A stretch of 64,000 nt of DNA from Candidatus Eiseniibacteriota bacterium (GCA_963707915.1 OY970178.1:2624001-2688000), one strand, 5' to 3'. Numbered from the stretch's first letter, positions 11,132 to 23,304 are shown. Program-made: numbers and translations. Notes: generated from the letters alone by a model not told the origin.

Positions 11132-11893
11132 CTAGAGCAACTCCTTCAGCCGCGCGTGGCCCGAGCGGCTCACGGGGATCTGGCGGCCGTCCTTGAGCAC
11201 GGCGACGTGGCTGTCCTTGGCGTACAACTCGAGCCGCGCGAGCCGCTCGACGTTGAGCACGTAGGAGCGGTGGACGCGCACGAAGCGCGCGGGGTCGAGC
11301 CCGGCCGCCGTCTCGGCCAGGCCCTGCGGCTTGAGGTGGGTCCGGCCCTCGGCGTGGATGCCGACGTAGTCGTCCTGGGCCTCGATCCAGTCCACGCGGT
11401 CCACCGGGATGACGTGCACGTTCGGGCCGTCCTTGACCAGCAGGCGTTCGACGAACGTGCCGGGAGGGCGCGCGGCCGCCGCGAGCGTGGCGGCCGGCGG
11501 GATCGAGGGCGGCGCCTCGGTGCCGAGGTGCGTGCGGGCGTGGGCGAGCGCCTCGCCGAGGCGCTCGCGGGTGACGGGCTTGAGCACGTAGTCCACCGCG
11601 TGCACCTCGAAGGCGCGCAGGGCGTACTCGTCGTAGGCGGTCACGAACACCACCGCAGGCGGCCGCTCCAGCAGCTCCAGCACCTCGAAGCCGTCGAGCT
11701 TGGGCATCTGGATGTCGAGGAACACCACGTCGGGCGCGGTCTCGCCGATGGTCTTGACCGCCTCGAAGCCGTTGGCGCACTCGCCCACGATCTCGACGTC
11801 GCCGGAGCGGGCGAGGTACTCGCGCAGCAGGGCGCGCGCGGGCGCCTCGTCGTCCACGACGACGACGCGCAGGGGACGGGACTCAGCCAGCAT
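11132..11893 (-). CDS. LytTR family response regulator
   Basis: VVDDE, FLDIQMP, FVTAYD, YVLKP receiver domain; FVRVHRSY..N LytTR domain. Confidence 0.95.
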   Translation of the reverse strand: MLAESRPLRVVVVDDEAPARALLREYLARSGDVEIVGECANGFEAVKTIGETAPDVVFLDIQMPKLDGFEVLELLERPPAVVFVTAYDEYALRAFEVHAVDYVLKPVTRERLGEALAHARTHLGTEAPPSIPPAATLAAAARPPGTFVERLLVKDGPNVHVIPVDRVDWIEAQDDYVGIHAEGRTHLKPQGLAETAAGLDPARFVRVHRSYVLNVERLARLELYAKDSHVAVLKDGRQIPVSRSGHARLKELL

Positions 11894-13004
11894 GCGTTCC
11901 TCCGGGGGTGGGGGCCGGCCGCGCGGCGGGCTGGGCGTGGACGCCCGCCACGAGCGCGGGCAGGGTGAGCGCGACGCGGAAGCTCTCGGGCCGCTCGAGC
12001 ACGTCGACGTGCGCGTGGCGCGGGTCGAGGGCGTTCAGGCGCCGGCGCACGTTCTCGAGCCCCAGTCCGCTGCCGCGACGCGCGGGAGCCTCGGGGTCGC
12101 GCGGGTTCTCGACCGCGATCTCGAGCGCGTCGCCGCGCCGGCGCGCCTCGATGCGCACCGTGCCGCCCTCGATGCGGTCGGCCACGCCGTGCTTCACCGC
12201 GTTCTCGACCAGCGGCTGGATGAGCAGCGGCGGCACCAGGCAGGCCAGCGCGGCGGGCTCGACCGCGCGCTCGACCACCAGGCGGCCGCCGAAGCGCACC
12301 TGCTCGACCGCGAGGTAGCGGCCCGCGAGCGCCAACTCCTCCTCGAAGGTGACGCGCTCGCGTCCGCCGAGCGACAGGCTGGTGCGCAGGAAGTCGCCGA
12401 GCAGGCCGCACATGGTGCGCGCGGCCTCGGCGTCCGCGCCGGCCAGCGCGCTGATGGAGTTGAGGCTGTTGAACAGGAAGTGCGGGTTGAGCTGGGCGCG
12501 CAGCGCGCGCAACTCGGCCTCGCGCGCGGTGACCTGGGTCTGCAGCAGGCGGCGCTCGGCCTCGCGGGCGTTCTCGAACGCCAGCACGAAGTAGTGGCCG
12601 ACCAGCGACTGCAGGTAGAGCACCACGCCGGCGACCCAGACCAGCACGAGGTCGGCGGCCAGTCCCTCGGTCCCCGGGCCCAGTCCGAAGCGCCGCCGCA
12701 GGAATACGTCCCAGGCCGCGGCGATGACCACCCACGCCAGGCTGGCCTGGATCGCCGCGCCGCCGCCGGCGCCGAGCAGGCGCAGCGCGGAGGTGCGCTC
12801 GATCGGGTGGGCGCGGCACACCCACCAGGCCGACAGGCAGATGAAGGCGTAGACCAGCGTGAGCGGCGCGGCGAAAGCCAGCGCGGCCCCGGCGCTCTCC
12901 CGCGCGCCCAGCCCGCCGAGCAGGGCGGTCAGCAGCGCGCAGATGCCGGCCCAGCCGAGCAGGTAGAGCGCGAGGCGCAGGCGGGTGCGGAACAGCGGGT
13001 GCAT
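11883..13004 (-). CDS. LytS/YehU-type sensor histidine kinase
   Basis: N-terminal TMs; LRAQLNPHFLFNSLNSI, QPLVENAVKHG, GLGLENVRRRL. Confidence 0.92.
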   Translation of the reverse strand: MHPLFRTRLRLALYLLGWAGICALLTALLGGLGARESAGAALAFAAPLTLVYAFICLSAWWVCRAHPIERTSALRLLGAGGGAAIQASLAWVVIAAAWDVFLRRRFGLGPGTEGLAADLVLVWVAGVVLYLQSLVGHYFVLAFENAREAERRLLQTQVTAREAELRALRAQLNPHFLFNSLNSISALAGADAEAARTMCGLLGDFLRTSLSLGGRERVTFEEELALAGRYLAVEQVRFGGRLVVERAVEPAALACLVPPLLIQPLVENAVKHGVADRIEGGTVRIEARRRGDALEIAVENPRDPEAPARRGSGLGLENVRRRLNALDPRHAHVDVLERPESFRVALTLPALVAGVHAQPAARPAPTPGGTHAG

Positions 13005-13783
13005 CAGTTCTTCACCTCGACGCCGCCCATCATGACGAGGCCCTTGACGACCAGGTGCCCACGGGCGTCCCCCGCCACGAGCCGCGTCGAGTCCTCGATG
13101 CCGCCCATGAAGGGCATGGCCTCGACGGTCACCCGCCAGTCGGCCGGCACGAACAGGTCCACGCCGCCCCACAGCACCAGCACCTCGATGACCGCCTCGC
13201 CGCCCGCCAGCCGCGCCTGGCGCAGGTCGATCTCGGCGCCGCCCATGACGGCGGTCACGTCGCCCCCGCGGAACTCCTGGCTCGCGACCTTGCGCTCGAG
13301 GCCGGACCACATCACGAAGGTGTTGAGCGTGGCGTCGGCCGCGCCGGTGCCGCTGCTCGCGGGCCCGAGCCCCATGGCGCTCGCGAACGCGCCGCCCGGT
13401 CCGCCGGCGGGTCCCGTGCCCCGGCTCGCGCCCGGCTCGTGCAGCCGCTGGCGCCGCATCGAGCCGCGCACCATCGAGAAGCCGATGCCGAGCAGCACGA
13501 ACGGCCAGAACAGGCTCCAGGGGTCGAACGAGACGACGTCGAAGTCGTGCAGCAGGAACAGCGCGCCCGCGACCGTGAAGATGGCGCCGGCGAGGGTGTT
13601 CTGCCGGCAGTTGAAGCCGGTCAGGCGCGCGACGCCGTAGAGGATCGGCACCAGCGGCCACCAGCGCAGGAACCTCCCGGCGTCGAGCAGGCCCACGCTG
13701 TCCAGCGTGAACAGCACGCCGAGCACGATGACGACCACGCCGAAGACCAGGCGGCCGTTCACCGGCATGCGGCTCTCAGGCAT
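13004..13783 (-). CDS. LiaF-like protein (DUF5668 TM domain + DUF2154-like beta domain)
   Basis: WWPLVPI and FWPFVLLGIG TM motifs; FRGG..VMGGAEIDLRQA..WGGVDLFVP..W.V. Confidence 0.85.
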   Translation of the reverse strand: MPESRMPVNGRLVFGVVVIVLGVLFTLDSVGLLDAGRFLRWWPLVPILYGVARLTGFNCRQNTLAGAIFTVAGALFLLHDFDVVSFDPWSLFWPFVLLGIGFSMVRGSMRRQRLHEPGASRGTGPAGGPGGAFASAMGLGPASSGTGAADATLNTFVMWSGLERKVASQEFRGGDVTAVMGGAEIDLRQARLAGGEAVIEVLVLWGGVDLFVPADWRVTVEAMPFMGGIEDSTRLVAGDARGHLVVKGLVMMGGVEVKN

Positions 13784-14048
13784 GACCCGTCCTCCTCTCC
13801 GCGTGCGCCCCCGTGCGCCACAGCAGTGCCAGCAGCAACGCCGCGCCCAGCGGGGCGGCCAGCAGCGCCGGCCAGCCGGCCTGGCCCACGGCCAGCGCCG
13901 CGCGCCCGGCGGCGCGCAGCACGGCGGCCAGCCCGGGGCAGTGCACCGCGCAGGCCCGCGCCGCGAGCACGGCGACCAGGGTGGACAGCCACGCCAGCGA
14001 CGTGGCGAGCACCGCGGTCACGGCGATCCACGCGTGACGTTCCCTCAT
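13776..14048 (-). CDS. Small hypothetical membrane protein
   Basis: MRERHAWIAVT..., two hydrophobic segments, overlaps the downstream start, fills the operon gap. Confidence 0.5.
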   Translation of the reverse strand: MRERHAWIAVTAVLATSLAWLSTLVAVLAARACAVHCPGLAAVLRAAGRAALAVGQAGWPALLAAPLGAALLLALLWRTGAHAERRTGHA

Positions 14049-14062
14049 CCGGCGCGCCCGAG

Positions 14063-14443
14063 TCAAAGCCCGCCTCCCACGCGGCGGCCGCACTCGCGCG
14101 ACTCGCCGGTCAGGGCGCGGACCACGATGCCGGCGCCGACCGCCACCAGCACGAGCCCCCACGAGTTGTCGTAGCGGAGGCCCCACCAGCCGGACTCGCA
14201 GGCCATGAACCAGCCCCCGAGCAGGAACAGGGTCAGGGCGGACCCGTGGCGCCGCTCGAAGACTCGCACGACCCCGATCGCGACGAGGATGAGCGGCCAC
14301 CACGCGGCCAGCCCGGCCCAACCGAAGATGCCGAGGTGCCCCACCAGGAACAGCGTACCCAGCGCGATCAGGAACACGCCCCAGACGATGCGCTTGGTCT
14401 CGCGGACCCCGTCTTGCTGCGCCATCTGCTCCATCTGCTCCAT
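14063..14443 (-). CDS. DUF5668/LiaI-LiaF-like transmembrane protein
   Basis: WGVFLIALG, WWPLILVAIG motifs; AAGGAGG RBS upstream. Confidence 0.8.
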   Translation of the reverse strand: MEQMEQMAQQDGVRETKRIVWGVFLIALGTLFLVGHLGIFGWAGLAAWWPLILVAIGVVRVFERRHGSALTLFLLGGWFMACESGWWGLRYDNSWGLVLVAVGAGIVVRALTGESRECGRRVGGGL

Positions 14444-14607
14444 CGCCTTCCTCCTTGGGCCGCGGTTGCGGCCTCCACGAGGAATCTACGGTCGGAACCC
14501 CCCGCGGTCGCGGTCGATTCGGCGGTTGGAGGCGGGGAACCGGCGAACGGCGGCAGGGGGGCGCGGGCGCGGGGGCGCCGGCGGAGCGCGGGCCCCGGGC
14601 GTGCGGC

Positions 14608-15831
14608 CTAGGTGGTGTAGTGGGCGTTGATGGCGACGTACTCGGCGCTCAGGTCGCACGTCCACACCGTGTCGTGCGCGTCGCCCAGCCCGAGGTCGAG
14701 CGTGACCTGCACCGGGTCCATCCGCAGCAGCGCCGCCGCGTCCCGCTCCTCGTGGGGCGCGCGCCGTCCTTCGGAGACGACCCGCAACCCGCGGTCCGAC
14801 GGCCCGAAGGAGAGCGCGAGCCGCCCGGGATCGAGCGCGACGCCGCTGGCGCCCGCGGCGGCCAGGATGCGGCCCCAGTTCGGATCGCCGCCGTGGATCG
14901 CGGCCCGGACCAGGCTCGAACGCGCGATGGCGTCCGCGACGGCGTGGGCCTGCGCCGCGTCCGGCGCGCCGGTCACGGCGATCTCGACCAGGCGCGTGGC
15001 GCCCTCGCCGTCGCGCGCGATCTGCCGGGCCAGCGAGACGCACGCCGCGGCGAGCGCCGCGGTGAACGCGGGCAGCCCGCCGTCGTCCACCTCGAGCCCC
15101 GAGGCGCCCGAGGCGAGCGCCAGCACCGTGTCGTTGGTGCTCATGTCGCCGTCCACGCTGATGCGGTTGAAGCTCGCATCGGCGGCCGCGCGCAGCGCCC
15201 GGTCGAGCCGGGCGGGCGACACGGCGGCGTCGGTCGTGAGCACCGCGAGCATGGTCGCCATGTTCGGATGGATCATGCCGGAGCCCTTCGCGAAGCCGCG
15301 GATCGCGACGCGCCCGCCGCCGAGCGCGGCCTCGCTCGCGGCGACCTTGGGCCGGGTGTCGGTGGTCATGACGGCCCGTGCCGCCGCCTCCGCGTCGGCT
15401 CCGAGCCGCGCCGCGGCGGCGCGCACGCCGGTCCCGAGGCGGCCCATGTCCAGCCGCGCGCCGATGACGCCGGTCGAGAGCACCAGCATCTCCTCCGGCG
15501 CGCACCCCAGCGCGTCCGCGGCCAGGGCGGCCATCGTGCGCGCGTCGGCGAGGCCCTCGGCCCCGGTGCAGGCGTTGGCGCACCCCGCGTTCGCCACCAC
15601 GCCGCGGAGCCCGGTGCCGCCGCGCGCGAGGACGGTGCGGTCGTGCAGGACGGGCGCGGCCGGCACCCGGCTGGTCGTGAACACGCCGGCGGCGGTGGCC
15701 GGCCGGTCGGCGGCGACGAGGGCCACGTCGAGCGCCCCGCTCGCCTTGAGCCCGCAGGCGGCCGCGCCCGCGCGGAAGCCCGGAGCGAGCCGGAAGCCCC
15801 TGGCGTCGTCGGTGCCGCGTGCGTCGTCCAT
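14608..15831 (-). CDS. argJ: Ornithine acetyltransferase / N-acetylglutamate synthase
   Basis: KGSGMIHPNMATML autocleavage motif, DGDMSTNDT, DGEGAT, WTCDLS..Y..INA.YTT. Confidence 0.97.
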   Translation of the reverse strand: MDDARGTDDARGFRLAPGFRAGAAACGLKASGALDVALVAADRPATAAGVFTTSRVPAAPVLHDRTVLARGGTGLRGVVANAGCANACTGAEGLADARTMAALAADALGCAPEEMLVLSTGVIGARLDMGRLGTGVRAAAARLGADAEAAARAVMTTDTRPKVAASEAALGGGRVAIRGFAKGSGMIHPNMATMLAVLTTDAAVSPARLDRALRAAADASFNRISVDGDMSTNDTVLALASGASGLEVDDGGLPAFTAALAAACVSLARQIARDGEGATRLVEIAVTGAPDAAQAHAVADAIARSSLVRAAIHGGDPNWGRILAAAGASGVALDPGRLALSFGPSDRGLRVVSEGRRAPHEERDAAALLRMDPVQVTLDLGLGDAHDTVWTCDLSAEYVAINAHYTT

Positions 15832-15881
15832 GCCCTTCCCTCCCGTCCCGGCCGCCGGGCGCCCGCCCGGCGCGTGCCGGC

Positions 15882-17835
<1,954 letters not shown>

Positions 17836-17846
<11 letters not shown>

Positions 17847-19161
17847 GATCCACCTCGGAGGGTGCGCGGTGGGGCGCCGCCGGACGGGCGGGCCCGCCGG
17901 CGGGGGCCGGCACCAGCGCGGCGGCCGGGTCGCCGGCCCACGCGGCCTTCCGCACCTCCGCGTCGCGCCGTGCGGCGGTCGCGAGCGGCAGGCCGAAGAG
18001 CCGGATGAAGCCCCCGGCGTGCGTGGCGTCGTAGCCGGTCATGTCGAACGAGGCGAGCGCCGGCCGGTAGAGCGACCAGGGGCTGGTGCGGGCGACGGCG
18101 CGGGCCTGGCCGTGCCCGATCTCGACCGTGACCTCGCCGGTGGCGGGCTCGAGCGCGCGGTCGGTGAACGACTGCAGTGCCTCGCGCAGCGGCGAGAACC
18201 ACTGCCCGTTGTAGACCAGGTCCGCGTAGCGCGGCGCCAGCTCGGCGCGCGTCCTCAGCAGGTCGTGCGGCAGCACCAGCGCGCACAGGTCCTCGAGCGC
18301 CTCGCGCAGCACGGTGCCGGCGGGGGTCTCGTAGACGCCGCGCGACTTCATGCCGACCAGCCGGCTCTCGACGATGTCCACGCGGCCGACGCCGTGCCGC
18401 CCGGCCCGCGCGTTCAACTCCTCGACCAGCGCCACGGGGCCGAAACGCGTGCCGTCGAGGCTCACCGGCACGCCGGACTCGAAACCGACGACGACCTGCT
18501 CCGCCTGTGCGGGGCGCAGGCCGGGCCCGTTCGTCAGGCGATGCATGCTCTCGGGCGCGACCGTCCCCGGGTCCTCCAGCGGGCCGCCCTCGTGCGAGAG
18601 GTGCCAGAGGTTGCCGTCGCGCGAGAACAGGTCGCGCGAGGTCTGCGCGACCGGGATGCCGTGCCGCGCGGCGTAGGCCAGCGCGTCCTCGCGCGAGACG
18701 ATGTCCCACTCGCGCCACGGCGCGAGCACGGTGAGCTGGGGGGCGAGCGACTGGTAGGCCAGCTCGAAGCGGACCTGGTCGTTGCCCTTGCCGGTGCAGC
18801 CGTGCGCGACGGCATCGGCGCCCAGCTCCAGCGCCCAGTGCACCTGGCGCGCGGCGATGAGCGGGCGGGCGAGCGAGGTGCCGAGCAGGTAGCGGCCCTC
18901 GTAGATCGCGCCGGCGCGCAGCGCCGGGAAGGCGAAGTCGCTCACGAAGGGCTGGCGCAGGTCCTCGATCACGACCTGGCTCGCCCCGCTCGCGTGCGCC
19001 TTGGCCTCGAGTCCCTCGAGTTCGGCACCCTGTCCGACGTCGGAGCAGTAGCACATCACCTCGCAGCCGTGGCGCTCGCGGAGCCAGGGCACGATGATGC
19101 TGGTGTCGAGCCCGCCGGAGTAGGCGAGCATCACCTTCTCGATCTTCCGTCCGTTCTTCAC
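17836..19161 (-). CDS. argG: Argininosuccinate synthase
   Basis: LAYSGGLDTS, LLGTSLARP, HGCTGKGNDQVRF, GMKSRGVYETP; GTG start overlaps the argD stop. Confidence 0.97.
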
Positions 19162-20408
19162 GATGCTCCGCCTTTCGTCTCGAGTCGGGTCACTGCGGCC
19201 TCGAAGCGCTCCACGGCGAGCGCGATCTGTCCGGTGGTCACGTTGAGGGGGGGCAGGAAGCGCACGGCGTGCTCGCCGCCGCGCACCAGCAGCAGCCCGT
19301 GCTCGCGCGCGGCCCGCACCAGCTCGGGCGGCGCGAAGGGCGCCCCGGGAACGATCTCGACGGCGCGCAGCAGGCCGAGCCCGCGCGTCTCCGCGAGCGC
19401 GCCGTGACGCGCCACGACCGCCGCGAGCGCGGCGTCCAGCTCGCGTCCGCGCCGCCGCACGCGCGCGAGGAATCCGGGCCGGCGCACCCGCGCGAGCACC
19501 CAGCTGCCGGCCGCGGCGACCGCCGGGCCGCCGCCGAAGGTGCAGCCGTGCATGCCGGGCGCGAGCGCCTGCGCGACCTCGTCCGTCATGAGCACCGCCC
19601 CGAGCGGCAGGCCGCCGCCGAGCGCCTTGCTGAGCACGACCAGGTCGGCGCGCACGCCGAAGTGCTCCGCGGCGAGCAGCCGCCCGCAGCGGCCCATGCC
19701 GCACTGCACCTCGTCGAAGACCAGGGCGGCGCCGGACGCGGTGCAGCGCGCGCGCAGCGCCTCGAGGAACCCGCGCGTCGCGGGCACGGCGCCGCCTTCA
19801 CCCTGCACCGGCTCGACGATGACCGCGCAGACGTCCGTGCCGAGCGCCTGGTCCAGCCCGTCGATGCGGTTGAAGTCGGCGAAGCGCACGCCGGGCACCA
19901 GCGGCTCGAAGGGCTCGCGATAGGCGGGGGTCCAGGTCGCCGAGAGCGCGAATCCGGTGCGGCCGTGGAACCCGCCGCGGAAGGCGAGGATCGCGCGCCC
20001 CGGGCGCCCCGCGTGCCGGGCCCGCGCGCGGGCGAACTTGAGCGCCGCCTCGACGCCCTCGGTGCCGCTGTTGCAGAAGAACGCCCGCGGGTACCCGGTG
20101 GCGGCGGTGAGCTCCTCGGCCAGCGCGGCGCCGGGCGGGCTGGCGAACAGGTTCGAGCAGTGCGCCAGCGTGCGCAGTTGCCGTGCCACGGCGCGCGCCA
20201 GCCCGGGCGGGGCATGACCGAACGCGTTGACGGCGATGCCGCTCACGAAGTCGAGATACTCGCGGCCGTCGGGCCCGGTGGCCCAGGCCCCGCGGCCCGA
20301 GACCAGCGCGGGACGCGGCAGAGGGTAGACGGGCGCGAGCACGCCGACCTCGGCTTCGGCCAGGGCGGATGGCGCGGCCGCGACCGCGTCGTGCGGGAGG
20401 AGCGTCAT
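19158..20408 (-). CDS. argD: Acetylornithine aminotransferase
   Basis: YLDF.SGIAVN.FGH, FCNSGTE, FHGRT, EPVQGEGG, DEVQCGMGR, SKALGGG; operon context. Confidence 0.92.
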   Translation of the reverse strand: MTLLPHDAVAAAPSALAEAEVGVLAPVYPLPRPALVSGRGAWATGPDGREYLDFVSGIAVNAFGHAPPGLARAVARQLRTLAHCSNLFASPPGAALAEELTAATGYPRAFFCNSGTEGVEAALKFARARARHAGRPGRAILAFRGGFHGRTGFALSATWTPAYREPFEPLVPGVRFADFNRIDGLDQALGTDVCAVIVEPVQGEGGAVPATRGFLEALRARCTASGAALVFDEVQCGMGRCGRLLAAEHFGVRADLVVLSKALGGGLPLGAVLMTDEVAQALAPGMHGCTFGGGPAVAAAGSWVLARVRRPGFLARVRRRGRELDAALAAVVARHGALAETRGLGLLRAVEIVPGAPFAPPELVRAAREHGLLLVRGGEHAVRFLPPLNVTTGQIALAVERFEAAVTRLETKGGAS

Positions 20409-21253
20409 GGGCGCGGCCCGCCGTGTCCGGGACGGCCGGGGCCGCTCCAAGGGGGGCCTCCGATCGTCGTGCACCGCGCCGAGCCTGCGAGGATGGAAGC
20501 CAGCGCGCCGGGGCCGCTCCACGCGGCGATGTGGACCCGGCCCACGCCTGCGGCCAGCGCGGCCTGCGCGGCGCGCAGCTTGGGTCGCATGCCGCCGGTG
20601 ACCTGGGGGTTCGCGAGCGCCGCGTCGAGGGCGTCGCCGTCGAGGTCCGCCTGGAGGGTCTCGTCGAGGACGAGGCCCGGCGTGTCGCTCAGGAGCACCA
20701 GGGAGTCGGCGCCGAGCGCGCCCGCGAGCGCGGCGGCGAGGTCGTCGGCGTTGAGATTCATCAGCGCGCCGTCGCAGGCGCCGATGCTCGCGAGCACCGG
20801 CGTGCGGCCCTGGGCGAGCAGGCTCTCGAGCAGCGCCGGACGCACGTCGCGCACGCTGCCCACCGCGCCCAGCCGCGCGGCGTCCGGGTGCGGCCCGACC
20901 TCGGCGATCCCGCCGTCGAGCGCGGAGAGGCCCACCGCGTCCACGCCGCGGGAGCGCAGGCGCGCGACCAGGCGCCGGTTGGCCAGCCCCGCGAGGACGG
21001 CGGTCGCGACCTCGATGGTCGGGGCGTCGGTGACCCGCAGGCCGTCCACGAAGCGGGGCTCGAGGCCCAGCCGGCGGCACCAGGCGCTCAATTCGCCGCC
21101 GCCGCCGTGCACCAGCACCGCCCGGCCCGCGAGCCCGGCGAGCTCGTCCGCCAGCTCGTCGGCCGCGCCGGGCGATTCGAGCGCGCGGCCGCCGAGCTTG
21201 ACGACCGTGGGCCGCGCGGTCGCGGCGGCGACGTGGGCCGGCGCCGCGCTCAC
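20405..21253 (-). CDS. argB: Acetylglutamate kinase
   Basis: VVKLGG, VHGGG, FVDGLRVTD, NLNADD, GGMRPK. Confidence 0.95.
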   Translation of the reverse strand: MSAAPAHVAAATARPTVVKLGGRALESPGAADELADELAGLAGRAVLVHGGGGELSAWCRRLGLEPRFVDGLRVTDAPTIEVATAVLAGLANRRLVARLRSRGVDAVGLSALDGGIAEVGPHPDAARLGAVGSVRDVRPALLESLLAQGRTPVLASIGACDGALMNLNADDLAAALAGALGADSLVLLSDTPGLVLDETLQADLDGDALDAALANPQVTGGMRPKLRAAQAALAAGVGRVHIAAWSGPGALASILAGSARCTTIGGPPWSGPGRPGHGGPRP

Positions 21254-22386
21254 CAGGGGCACCCGTGGACGGGCAGGCCGGTGGCCTCGGGCCAGCCCAG
21301 CACGAGGTTCAGGTTCTGGATCGCCTGGCCCGCCGCGCCCTTCACCAGGTTGTCGATCGCCGCCGCGGCCAGCAGCGTGGTCCCGCCGTGCAGCGTCGTG
21401 ACCGCGAGGTCGCAGCGGTTCGAGCCGCGCACGTGGCGCGTCTCGGGCCACTCGCCCGCGTCGAGCAGGCGCACGAAGCGCTCGCCGTCGTAGCGCTCGA
21501 GGTACGCCGCGCGCGCCTCCGCGGGGCTCACCGGGCGCGCGAGCGTCGCGCTGGCGGTCAGGAGGATGCCGCGCGCCATCGGGACGAGCTGCGGCGCGAA
21601 GGTCACCGGGTGCGCGGCCCCGGCGAGCCGGGCGAGGTTGCGCTCCATCTCGGGCACGTGGGGGTGTCCGGCGCCGGCGCGATAGAGCGCCGCGCCGCCG
21701 TCGAGTTCCACGAACGAGGTGCGCAGCGCGGACGCGCGCCCGGCGCCGCTGGCGCCCGAGACCGCGCTCACCATCACGGGCCCGGCGAGCCAGCGGGCGG
21801 CGGGCAGCAGGGCCAGCGTGGCGGCGGTCGGGTAGCAGCCCGGGTTCGCGATGCGGGAAGCCGGCGCGATCTCGTCGCGGAAGGCCTCGGGCAGGCCGTA
21901 GACGTAGGCCGGGCCCGGCGCGTGCGCCGCGTGGGCGCCGCCGTCGCGGAAGTCGGACGAGAGGTCCACGATGCGCGCCGGGCCCCGCGCCAGGGCCGGC
22001 CGTGCGGCGGCGAGCGCCGCCCACGCGCCGTGCGGCAGGCAGCAGACCAGCGTGTCGAAGGCGCCCGCGGCGAGCAGGGCCTCGAGGGCGGATGGATCCA
22101 CGACGGCGGGCAGGGCCGCCGCGCGCGGATCGAGGCCCGGGAGGAGGTCCGCCGCCGGCCGGCCGGCGTGCTCCCGCGAGACCAGCACGGTCACCTCGAG
22201 GCCGGGGTGCCCGAGCGCGAGGCGCGTCAGCTCCTGGCCGGAGTAGCCGCTGGCCCCGAGCAGCGCGAGGCGCGCCGTGCGGGGCGAAGCGTCCGCGGGC
22301 GCGACGCTGCCCGCCGGCGCGGAGGCGATGCTCCCGCCCCCGGCCGGACCCGAGCTCCCGGCCGTTCCCGGAACGGGGCAGCTCAC
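21250..22386 (-). CDS. argC: N-acetyl-gamma-glutamyl-phosphate reductase
   Basis: GASGYSG, LPHG, DLSSDFR, YGLPE, ANPGCYPT, SGASGAG, IDNLVKGAAGQA. Confidence 0.96.
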   Translation of the reverse strand: MSCPVPGTAGSSGPAGGGSIASAPAGSVAPADASPRTARLALLGASGYSGQELTRLALGHPGLEVTVLVSREHAGRPAADLLPGLDPRAAALPAVVDPSALEALLAAGAFDTLVCCLPHGAWAALAAARPALARGPARIVDLSSDFRDGGAHAAHAPGPAYVYGLPEAFRDEIAPASRIANPGCYPTAATLALLPAARWLAGPVMVSAVSGASGAGRASALRTSFVELDGGAALYRAGAGHPHVPEMERNLARLAGAAHPVTFAPQLVPMARGILLTASATLARPVSPAEARAAYLERYDGERFVRLLDAGEWPETRHVRGSNRCDLAVTTLHGGTTLLAAAAIDNLVKGAAGQAIQNLNLVLGWPEATGLPVHGCPW

Positions 22387-22859
22387 TTCCCGGTACCGGC
22401 CGGCTGGCCCTGGAGCGATTCGAGGCGGCGCTTGAAGCGCCGGGCCGCGGTCGTGTCCGCGGTCACCACGAGGATGGTGTCGTCGCCGGCCACCGAGCCG
22501 ACGATGCCGTCGAAGCCCGCGAGGTCGATGGCCCGCGCCACGGCGTTGGCGTGGCCCGGGGGGGTGCGCACGACCACGAGGTTCTGCGCCAGCCGGACGT
22601 CGTTGACGAAGGCCTTGAGGTCGAGGGACTGGCGCTCGCGGTCGAGGGCCTCGGTGGCGGGGCCCTGGAGCTCGTAGACCATGCGGCCGGAGGCGCCCGG
22701 CCGCTTGAGCACCCCGAGGCTGCGCAGGTCGCGCGACAGGGTGGCCTGGGTGACCTGGACCCCGGCGCGGGCGAGCGCCTTCACCAGCTCCTCCTGGCTC
22801 GAGAAGCGGTGCCCGGCGACGAGTTCGGCGAGCAACGTGAGGCGGCGCGGGCGCGGCAT
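22383..22859 (-). CDS. argR: Arginine repressor
   Basis: SQEEL, VTQATLSRDL, T.PG.A, GSVAGDDTI. Confidence 0.96.
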   Translation of the reverse strand: MPRPRRLTLLAELVAGHRFSSQEELVKALARAGVQVTQATLSRDLRSLGVLKRPGASGRMVYELQGPATEALDRERQSLDLKAFVNDVRLAQNLVVVRTPPGHANAVARAIDLAGFDGIVGSVAGDDTILVVTADTTAARRFKRRLESLQGQPAGTGK

Positions 22860-22874
22860 CGAGACCTCCGGGAG

Positions 22875-22912
22875 TTTGAATAGATATGCAACACTATGAA
22901 TAAGAACACATG
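22875..22912 (-). promoter_or_regulatory. Two tandem ARG boxes upstream of the argR operon
   Basis: ttTGAATagatATGCAac (22875-22892) and taTGAATaagaACACAtg (22895-22912), 2 bp apart, an AT-rich island in GC-rich DNA; TTGACG on the minus strand at 22924-22929. Confidence 0.8.
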
Positions 22913-23029
22913 AGCCCGGGAGCCGTCAAGGGGCGGGGCGGACGACCGGCGGCCCCGCTCCCCCGCGGCCGCGCCGCCGCGTGGCGGGCAGGGCCGCGCG
23001 ACTGTCGCGCGTTCGCGACAGCCGGGCCG

Positions 23030-23059
23030 CCGGGGAGCGCGTTGCGACGCGCTCCCCGG
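23030..23059. repeat. Perfect 13-bp inverted repeat
   Basis: CCGGGGAGCGCGT-tgcg-ACGCGCTCCCCGG in the argR/redox-operon intergenic region. Confidence 0.7.
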
Positions 23060-23289
23060 TCACCGCGGCGCACGCGCGAACGGCGCCGCCGCCGCGGTCC
23101 GGCGTGATGCGCGGGTCGAAGCAGAGCCCGCTTGGAGAGCGGTCCGGGACCGCCGGATCGCGGCTTGGATCGCGGGCCCGGCGCCCCGGCCTGGTCCAAG
23201 CGGATAGGCGCTGTTCGGGGGCCGCCGGGCATCGAAGGGTCGAACCCGCGAGCGGCCGGCGGGTAGTAGATGACGGCGGGATCGTCCCG

Positions 23290-23304
23290 TGGCACTCCTC
23301 TTGC
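23290..23304 (+). promoter_or_regulatory. Sigma54 (-24/-12) promoter of the redox operon
   Basis: TGGCAC-tcctc-TTGC, exact match to TGGCAC-N5-TTGC, ~90 bp before the probable first start codon. Confidence 0.75.
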
